From Octopus sinensis (taxonomy: Eukaryota): a stretch of DNA of 34,859 nucleotides. Positions 24,285-33,807 of this stretch are shown one piece after another. A model generated the notes under the pieces. The model was given only the letters and a program-made list of their open reading frames with translations. It did no database searches and was not told the DNA's origin. The stretch lies in NCBI RefSeq assembly GCF_006345805.1, contig NW_021828051.1, forward strand, positions 1 through 34,859, in the 5' to 3' direction. The translations under genes were made by a program, and so were the position numbers. How positions within the stretch are numbered: the stretch's first letter is position 1; the number at the start of each line of letters is the position of its first letter.

Positions 24285-25928
24285 TTAACTGTTTTTGTTT
24301 ATTTTATTAAAACTTGGAATTAAGAATCTAAATTTTGAAACTATCACTGGAATTGGGAATGATATAATTAATATTCCAGAAAGAGAGCAGAAACCTGCCA
24401 CATAAACTCCAATGGCTGCTTATCCAACAGTTTTAATTGTAATAATAGCCCATCAAAATGCATCCGGAATGTTTACTGAGTTAATATTAACATTGGTTAA
24501 TTCTGCATAATAAATTAACGACAAATAAAAGAGAATTGCAGATGTGGACAACTCATTGACAGGAGAGGTTTACACCCTCTCTCTTGTCGCATCAGTGCCG
24601 GCAGGATCCCCAGGCACGCATCATTGAATGAAGTTGTAAAGCGCGCGCTTAACGCCGCTGGATTTCCCTCGATGTTAGAACCGATAGGACTAGACCGTGG
24701 AGATGAAAAACGCCCTGACGGGTCGACCTTATTCCCGTTCAGGAAGGGAATGGCACTCGTGTGGAATGTTACCTGCGTAGACTCATTTTCTTCATCATCT
24801 TTGGTTGACTCCGCTTCTCGTCCTGGATCTGCATCTGCCCTTGCCGAATCTAGGAAAACTGCTAAATATGCCTCTTTGACCGATACCTGCTGCTTCATTC
24901 CCCTGGCTTTCGAGACCAGTGGGATAATTGGACCCAAAGCCCTCAAACTCCTCTCAGAGATTGGTTTAATTATCTCGAGGAGGAGTCACGACAGTCGTGA
25001 AACGAGCTGGCTTTTTCAGCGGATATCGTTCGCGATATTACGTGGAAATTGCCTGTCCATCCGCTCGGCGACTCATCTAAATTAGTTAACTTCTCTATTT
25101 TACTTGTTATTTTACTTTAAAAAAAAGTCAAAAAAAAATTGTGATAATAAAATAAACCACCACTAGCGTAAAACAATCAAGTGAAGAAAAATAGATTGTC
25201 TCAGTATTTTTAGACAAGTTAAATTACTTAATAGCTTGAATATTCGAAATATTTGGATTATTAAACAAATCTAGTTAATCGTCTACAATATACTGTGTTT
25301 GATTAATCCATATAACTTCAAATAGAGTTTGTATGTATAGCGGTGAAATGTTTAAAAGTCAACTATAAATTTTCCAGAAAAACATTCGGAAATAATTTTA
25401 CAAATCAAAAATAAGCGAATTATCATTTCAATTGTAAAATATGTTGTATACAGAACTTTAGTTGCAAAAATATAATTAATTTTGGAAAGACTTTCCATGC
25501 TTATATCATTGTGTGGATAAGTTGTAGATATTTGCAAATTTTCAATGGAAAGCAAAATTAAGATTTGAAAATATTTGAATAATTTTTCCAGTGATAGAAA
25601 AATTAGGAAACTTTAAAGTCATCCACATAAATCTCAAAAAAAATTTCTGGGATATTTATTTCATAATATGGATCAGCATACATATTTTCGATGGATCGAC
25701 GATCAATTTCAAAAAATTCTACTTCTCTTGTAAATTTGTTTATATCGACGTTTCCTGCTTTTTTTGTTTGCGTCATTTTAGTAATAATTTATAATTCCTT
25801 CAAAACTGTCTCAATGTCGGTCAAAAAAATATTCGTTTTTAGTCATATCAAAATATTCGTTTAATTTCAAAAAATTTGTCAAGTTTGAATTTTCGTCTAC
25901 TGATGTTAATAGAGACTATATCTAGCAT
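24285..25928 (-). pseudogene. Shaker-like voltage-gated K+ channel (Kv) pseudogene, split by a retroelement
   Basis: T1 domain (VSINIS, KNEYFFDRH*DSFEGIINYY, NVDINKFTREVEFFEI), pre-S1 WMTLKFPNFS, S2 YFTIEMIIRL, S4 IFRIFKLL, pore IPDAF*WAIITIKTVG* and S6 GILIISFPIPVIVSKF. Contains stops, frameshifts and a deletion after TVG. Confidence 0.9.
24539..25136 (+). mobile_element. 5'-truncated CRE-like non-LTR retrotransposon with A-rich tail and candidate 5-bp TSD
   Basis: ORF contains RHASLNEVVKRAL, KRPDGSTLFPF, LVWNV, FIPLAFETSG and WLFQRISFAILRGN. AATTG flanks it at 24534-38 and 25137-41. Confidence 0.9.
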
Positions 25929-26783
25929 TCTTTATTATATTTAATACAAGCTATTATTAAATTGATGCTTCATATGTATTAGCGTCAAAACGCTATAGTA
26001 ACTGTCAATCAATAATTAATAACCCTAAAGTCAACATATTTACCAAGGAGATGAATAATACTCAATTGGTTTCCAGATATCGATTTCAAAAACTGGATTT
26101 GCCTTAATGAGTAAAAAATTAAACTTTATTAAAACAAAATTTAATTAAGGTTACACTATTTAATTGAAATTTTTCTCTTCCTTTTAAGGGAATAATTTGC
26201 TACTAGCTCTTCATTCTCTATCTTTCTGTCAGATAAAGTTGTTATATGTACCATAGCTTTAATTGAAGTGCCCGAAAGCATGGCAGTTCAAAAATTGCTC
26301 AGAAGTGTATTTTTCCTCAGATACCCTCGTCCCATGCTTGTGTTTAATTAACATACTTTAAGAGTCTTTTTTAGTATAAAAGATTGACCACTTAAAAATA
26401 ATGCAATTTATCATGGTTCTGGTCATCTTTTAATAAAATTTCAAAAGCTAACAATCTGTTATTTCTATTGATAAACACATTTAACTCAAGAATTGAGTAT
26501 TCGCATTGTAAAATTTGTCTTCACAAAGATTTTTTGAGAATCTATTTCTACTAAAAAAGTGACCACTTAATTAATTAATAAGCTCTCGTTGGAGACTTTG
26601 TGGACACGTCCCGAGGAAAGACTCAACATCCCCCAATGGAGGATTACTATCCCTTCTCTAATGAGGACACTACCCTCCCAATTGTTTTACAAAGTTCTCT
26701 GCACAACAATAAATATTATGGCTATCGTGAGAGTGCTAATAATTAATCAAATAATAATCGAACAAGCTGAGTATTAGACAGTC

Positions 26784-28427
26784 TTATTTCCCGCCCATAG
26801 ATTTGACAGTAATATTCCCGCCAACATCAGTAGTGACGTAGACAACCTCGGACGTGGCAGTCCACTCCCCCAGTCCTTCCAACCCCCACAGTAAACCACT
26901 CCCCTACCTCATCCCAGTACGACACCAACGGAGACACCTCCACCACTCTCGGCACACTCTCACACCCCTTTTTCCCCACCAAATACTTCCTGCTCAAAGC
27001 AAGGAAGGCCTCCCTCGCTGTGGACGGGTTCGCCGTCTCCGCCTTCCAACTGTTCTTCAACGGGGCAAATTCCTCTTCACGTGACACCTCCCAAACAGCC
27101 AACCGCCTATCATTTTCCCGCCAAAAATAAAACCGCGCGAAAGGCACACAATCAAAAATAAACTTTTCTAGTTTAATTCCGTTGGGGGTGTCGGGGATTA
27201 CTCGGAGACCGTCCTCGTCCACGAAGGGGATCTTCTTCCGTGCCACATGGTAGGGCAACTCATTCCTACCAATCACACAAAACACCACGTGAGGGTCGCC
27301 ACGATAAAATCCACAGTAAATAAATGCATACAAATATTTCCCGCCTTAAAATACAATGACCCATCCTCTGATCTCCTTCCTCGGTCAAAGTCAGAGATCT
27401 CGCTATATTCCACTATTCCGTAGGTCCCCTCTGCTGTCTTGCAGACTGACCCCAAAGCCTCCTGTGCCTCCCTTCTCTCAATGACCTTCACCCCACACTC
27501 GGCACCCCTCCTCATGAAGTACCCCAGGAAGACGGGATCCCCCACCTTGGCCAGAATATTGTCCACACAAAACACGTGCAAGTACTTCACACCTGTCTGG
27601 GTCATTTTCTCCACCAGGCCGTTCTCTTCAAGGGCGCGAAAAAAGTCGCCATTGCCATCTGTTTAATATTCCCGCCATTGGAGTACTTGGACTCAATGCG
27701 AGACTGTCTTTCCTGTCCAACAATAATTTCCCGCCAAAATCAAAGGCGGGAAAAAGCTGTTGTTCGAAAATAAAGACTTGAGAAGGCTTGAGTTGGAAAT
27801 AGTTGTTTTCCTCGAAATATAATTTGGTGAGTTCGTTGGTGAACTCGCTGGTCATGATGAACCAGGGAATGGAGACCTCCTTCCCGCCAAAGAGGTTCGC
27901 CAGTCGTTCCAGGCGGAGGATCCTTTCTGAGTGGAGTTGGAAGAGGGATTTGTTGGAAGGAAGGCCCACGTTGAACATACCTTTGGGGTAATCCACCCCT
28001 AAACGGGTCCCTTGGCCTCCTGCAAGAAGAGCAATGGCCACCTCCCCACTACATATTGCAGATAGACCTTAAATGTATTATTTTTTTAAATAATTATTAT
28101 GTAAATATTAATTAATAATTTTGTATAATTAATAAAAGTAATGATTTTAAATTAATTACCCATTTTTTTGTATTCCTCAATTTGCTGAGGAGTGGACTGA
28201 AAAACTCCACTCCATTCGTCGTGGCCCAAAGCTTGCAGGCCAGAATATGTTTTTTGTGAAAATTTAACAGCGTTTTGAAATTGTTGGTTTAATTCACTTA
28301 AATTTAAACTTTTTATTTGTGTAAATAAATTGTGCTTTTCTGTCTCTGACAAATCATTGTAGAAGGACAAGACATGTGCCTGGTTATTCTTTTCTAGGTC
28401 AGCCAACAAATCCTCTTTTGAAACCAT
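26784..28427 (-). CDS. UAP1: UDP-N-acetylglucosamine pyrophosphorylase; last exon frame uncertain (stop between 26774 and 26829)
   Basis: Motifs LLAGGQGTRLG, YPKG, IPWFIMTS, NGNGD, CVDNIL, VEYSEI, AGNI, KLEKFIFD, EFAPLKN and EVSPLVSY. Introns at 28159-28068 (92 nt), 27686-27659 (28), 27288-27266 (23), 27133-27107 (27) and one near 26907-26876. Confidence 0.95.
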
Positions 28428-28557
28428 ACAGAACAGAACTATTATATAATAAATTCAAATTTATATTTATTAAAAAATAAAATAAAAAAATAAATAATTA
28501 TATTTATTCAGGTGGTGCCTAATTACTATTCAGTCAAACACGTCATCAATTAAATAA

Positions 28558-29913
28558 TCAATATATATTATATTTTCCCTCCCCGAGTCTCCACAGTCGT
28601 TCGACCTGCTTCCTCCATGTGGGCACACTCCGGGGGATCCTGTCCACTGGACTGCTCTTCTGGGCACCCCTCCTCAGCCTCTCCTTCACGACCTCCTCCC
28701 CCAATTCCCTCCTGTCCTTATAACTATCCAAATATCTACAACAATCACACTCCTCTCACTTCCAGAATGACTTTTTGGCGGGAAATGACTTTTGGGGTGG
28801 TTGGTGGATTGGCGGGAAATCATACTCGTACACAGGCTCAGGCAACCCGAGTGTTTGGTGGAAGAAATCCCTCACGGACAAATCCCAGCACGTTTGGTGG
28901 AATGCCAACCCCACGGGACTCATCTCCTGGTATTTCTCCACCAACTTTTTTGAACAAAAAACACGTTTTTTAAGTAATTCACTTAAATATATAAATATTT
29001 ATTTACCGCCCTTTTTGGTTAACCACATCAAAGCGCGGGAAATCGATTTTTGAGTTATGTCGGTAGAGGACGTATACTATTCTGTGGTACCCTGTTCCAC
29101 GAGCTGGAAATGGAGGACAATAAGGCACAACTGATATCCCAGAGTTATTACTCTCAATATTTGAACTAAATATAATATATTAAAATTAATATATTATTTG
29201 TTAAATATATTTAAAAGTAATAAAATAATATTACTTTATCCAGTGGAGGACTTGTGTGTCTGTGCCTTCCAATAAATTACTGTCAAGTGAGGTCATAACC
29301 AGAGTGAAGAAATTGCCTAAATGTCCATATTTGGCCCAATCTATGCTGAAGAGTGGCTCAAACTGACACTACGAGTACTCAATCCTCACAAAGCCACCTC
29401 AGATGCCTTAATATAATTCCCGCGCTCCACTTTGAGTGCATAATTGTCATCAATCCTGTACTTGACAGAGATAGGCACACATGGAATGAATCCCGAGTCC
29501 CCGTACAGCCCCTTGAAGACGTCGTAGTGCAGTGCCATTGTGTGCAGCCTAGACAAGTCATCCTCTAAAGTTCCCGCTTATTTATAAAATCACGTGTTTT
29601 ACTCAATTCACTATTTTTTGGCGCAATTTTTGAATCACGTGTTTCACTTAATTCATTGTTTTTTGGCGCCATTTTTGATTGAGTGGGGAATGAATTGGTA
29701 ATGCCGATGTTATTGTAGACTGTGTTTTGGTGGGGGTATATTTCTGAGTGGTGAGTGGGGGGTACTTTCGAGTTGGTCTTGGAGGGAAGGGTCCCCTTCG
29801 TCCAGTAGAGTGTCACGGTATGAGGGACGGATTAGTCGGCCGAAATAGGAGACATTTCGATAACGAGACAGCACTCCTGATAAATGCACAGAATATGTCA
29901 CACGTAAAACCAT
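28558..29913 (-). CDS. MRPL38: Mitochondrial ribosomal protein mL38 (PEBP fold), 7 exons
   Basis: Spliced protein contains HYDVFKGLYGDSGFIPCV, FTLVMTSLD, VLHW, PYCPPFPARGTGYHR, PVGLAFHQTCWD, LPEPVYEY and KYLDSY. Introns are 22, about 29 (donor ambiguous), 29, 69, 25 and 24 nt. Confidence 0.9.
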
Positions 29914-29945
29914 TTACAATAAATATATATTTTTTTAAATAAATA

Positions 29946-31003
29946 CACCCCTCGACATTAAACTCTGGAAAATTAATAAATCGTCATTTTTATTATCAAA
30001 TTTAGAAAAAAACTTTTGACCATAATATTTTTTTCTATATTTATATATTTACAAAAGTTTTATAGACCTCGCTCTAGAAATGGAAGCCATCACTCAAAAA
30101 TCAATTTCCCCGCAAACAATGACCCGCAATTTAAATAAGAATGGTTTAATTGGAAGAGTAGCAAAGAAAAAACAATTGCTAAGTAAAAAAAACATACTCA
30201 AAAGATATGAAATATCGAAAATATTCGTTGGTATGTATGATGAAGGATGGAGATCAGTCATTTTTTCAGACGAGTGTACTTTTGAAGTGTATTATGCACC
30301 AAAAAGAAAAATAATATACCGAAAAAGGGGGAAATGAATTCAAAAATTCAAATTATCATCCAACTGTTAAGTGTGGTGGCAGCAAAATTATAGGGATGCT
30401 TTTCATATTTTGGAATGGGTTCGTTATGTTTCATCGATGAAAAAATAAACTCAGGAAAATATATAAACATTCTTGCTAACAATCTGGAAAAATCAGCCAT
30501 TAAAATGGGATTAAACAGCTTCATATTCCAGCATTTTCCTGCAAACAAAATAAATTTACTCGATTGGCCGGCACAATCCCCCGATATAAATCCCATTGAA
30601 CATATTTGGTCAAAAATTAAATATGAATTATCGAGGGATGATACAGAAAATCGACCAAAAAATAAACATCAACAAAAGGATAAAATATTAGAAATTTGGA
30701 ATAAAATTCCAATTGATTTTATTCGAAAATTAATAAATTAGATGAAAACTCGTAGTTTAGAGTTATATAAATCTAGAGGAAAGCATATTCCTAACTGATA
30801 TTTTATTTTTGACATTTGTCCGGAATTTTGTGTCTTAAAAAAATCGGTTTTTGCTTTATTCTCAATATTTTAAAAAGATTTATGATAAATATTATAAAAT
30901 TAAAAAATATAGATGATATTAGCATGGTTAAGTTTTTAATTTCGTAAAATTGATAATAAAAATGACGATTTATTAACTGTCCGGATTTTAATGTCGAGGG
31001 GTG
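29946..31003 (+). mobile_element. Tc1-family DNA transposon, defective, N-terminally deleted
   Basis: TA TSDs at 29944-45 and 31004-05, TIRs CACCCCTCGACATTAAA...AATAAATCGTCATTTTT, and transposase motifs WRSVIFSDE and WPAQSPDINPIEHIW. Confidence 0.95.
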
Positions 31004-31190
31004 TATATAACAAATAGTTTTCTGTATATTTTATTATTTTTATAACAAATCGAGTAACCTGTTAATACCTATATTATCACACAAGTCAGCTGTGTGCCTT
31101 CATTAACTGATTAATGTCAGTTATTGACACATTTGTCCTAATAAAGTGTGATAATCCTCCAGTTATTATTACAGTAAAAGAAAAGGCACA

Positions 31191-33660
31191 TTATTCAATC
31201 AAAAGTTCATCATTTTCATCAATAGTATTCCCGTCGATATCCCTACCAATATTAATATATATAACTCGATTGTAAAGGCAGGCCGAGAGTAATTACTAAA
31301 ACTGGCATTGTTGAAATCCCTCATAAGCCTGTCCATTGAGTTATCCTCCCACACTACCACTGGCAGGTGGACTGGCTGGGAATGCAAGGAAGGGGGATCC
31401 ACACTACCCAATCACACATAACTCAACTCGTAGTCCAATCCTTCAGGGTAGCACATCCCTGGCACAGAAGACGGGAAAATATGGTGGGCATGTGAAATGA
31501 ATAATTCAATAATATTGGTAATATCATTATAAAATTGCCTCTCAGATTCAAAATAGGAGTTGAAGAGCATTCCAAACACAGTCCCCAGGTTTTTACTGGT
31601 CATTTCCCCCACGGACGAATTGTCGGCCACCCTAAAGTGACCCTCTCTCCTTACTCTGCAAGAAAATGGAACAAATATCTCAATCTAAGCCAGGCAGTGC
31701 GGTCAAGTGACCACACAATCTCTCTGATCTGCCCGACCGAGTCATCCTTGAGGACTGTGGCCATATCCTTGAAGGTGGAAAGAGGGATGGGGGGTGTCCT
31801 GAACCCCCTGAGGTATGCCTTGAAGACAGAGGCATAAGTATTGACATTGGAGTCCTCCCACTCAATGCCTCCAATGGTGAGGGGGAGTACCTCCCTCGAG
31901 ACAGGCCATCATTCTGGCCACTTTTTTCTGTGCTCCGGGAATGCGGAAGAGTCCCTTCGAACTGATGCCCAGTCTCCTGATGTGTTTGATACAAATGAGC
32001 ATGACTGGGTGGATATCCTCGTTATTACACTTCTAGGAATCACTGGGTGGAGTACATCCTCGATCTGTCCTTCAAACATTAGGAATTTGGCAGTCCCCAT
32101 CCGGCGGCAAAGATCAAAGAGGGAGTCAAAACGGGATAATGAACTGCACTCATTAATCCCATTCCTCACCTCGATAGTTCGGGGATGACGTCATAGTCAC
32201 GTGCTATGATTATTGAGTATATTTTTATTTCATAGTCCAGTTTAGTGAGGTACCACTGAGTGGAGAAGAGGTGGAAGTAGGCTCTCCCGTAGTTTCTGAG
32301 CAATTGGAGCACACTGGCATTGTTTGTGTTCTCTTTAAAGGATTTTAGAGAACTTTCGAGAGTAACAATTTCCTATAATAATTAATTTGTATATTTTATA
32401 AGTATATAAAAATATATATTTACATTTTGTTCTTTATTTAAAAATTGAATTCTTAGACTTTTAAGCAACCTGACTTTATTGCCCATCTCCTTGGTCAAGT
32501 CGGCGAAGGATTCCTGAATGTTCTACCACGTTAAACCACAAGACCACTTCCAGGGATATTGGCGGGATTTCATAAGCCTCAAAATGTATTGGCGGGAAAT
32601 CCTCACTGTCGAAACCAGCCGAGAAACAGGCATCAAGGGAAGCCCTCGTCAGCCCATTAAAGGACACATGTTTCTGAGTGGTCTCAAAAATGGTGTCAAC
32701 AAGCCCGGAGACCTGTTCCCGCAGTCCAGTGTTGATTAACTGACCAATAATAATATATTCCCACATTTAATAGACTGGTGAAGCATTTGGTCTTGTAGTA
32801 CGTCAGGAGGTTGTTTAGACTGAATGTTGTGATTGCACATTTTATGTAATGTTCTAGAATTTTCCAGTTTGTGCTCGTCAGTTTAATTATAATCTAAATA
32901 TTCCCGCCAATTTACTTTTTTATTTTTTTGGTCATCCAATGTAAATTTTTGTCGATAACGATTAGAAGTGGCCATCAAATGAGTGCAGTTTTGAATGTTC
33001 TACACATAGACATGCCACAATACATCATCGAGTTTCTTAATGTTGGAAATAATTTCCATCCTGGCCATGTCAGTCACATCGGTGACCTAATTTGAGTGAA
33101 AAGTGACCCACAATGTCCTGGATGATGGATTGGTGTTCCACCAGCACGTGCAAATGGTCCCCGATTGGCTGAATGCACTCCTTCAACAACTTGGCTTCCC
33201 TTTCGTACTTTTCGACAGCAAAGTTGGTCATGAGGACTCCAATTTTGGAGAATTCAGGGGACACCTCGCTGTTTCGACTGGAATATACTTAGGGGACTAC
33301 TAGTCATCAGCCACCAGGTCTGAGGGGGAGTAGTTCTTAATGTTCAGAAGTGACTTTAAATAGTCCTGGCTGCGCTCACTCAGGCTATTTAAGGCACATT
33401 TCCACTGATCACCGATTTTGATGACCCAGTCCACCTTACTGCACAGATATTCGTGCATGTTGTCCATTTTCCCCACGTTTACTGTTGTTTTCTGCCCCAC
33501 CAGGAATACCTTGGGATATGCCTTGTATTCTCTTCACGTCTGACCTTCCAAACGACTGCATGCTCTATCCAATTGCGCTGTTTATTCTTATTTATACCTG
33601 CGGTTATTAATACACATTACCCTCTTCTGCTTTTAATTCAATTAAAATATTTCCTATCAT
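31191..33660 (-). CDS. RhoGAP-domain protein with an N-terminal helical (possibly BAR) region; many 22-25-nt introns; start codon tentative
   Basis: GAP motifs KGLFRIPGA (arginine finger), YASVFKAYLR, LRYLFHFLAEV and MTSKNLGTVFG. Upstream exons join in frame through tiny GT-AG introns, for example 32915-32894 and 33300-33278. Confidence 0.85.
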
Positions 33661-33807
33661 TATTTCTACACTTTAAATATATGTAATATTAATGTATATA
33701 TTTTTTTAATTTATATTATTTTTAAAAAAGTACCTTTTCGTTGACCTTGGTTGGAGAGGTATCTAATTGCCTAAGAAAGCAAAGCCAGTTTATTAACATA
33801 AAAATAA

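Larger units (their letters stand above)
26787..32910. promoter_or_regulatory. Cluster of about 16 TTCCCGC/GCGGGAA (E2F-like TTTCCCGCCAA) motifs inside three genes
   Basis: 7-mer cores start at 26788, 26815, 27115, 27338, 27669, 27728, 27746, 27881, 28778, 28812, 29035, 29417, 29571, 32592, 32716 and 32901, with a GCGGGAT variant at 32562. The presence of the motifs is certain; a regulatory role is inferred. Confidence 0.5.

Noticed and set aside
26150-26760. Coding-like minus-strand segments with intron-like GT-AG pieces downstream of UAP1
   Set aside because: I could not assemble a stop-free spliced frame or recognise a product.
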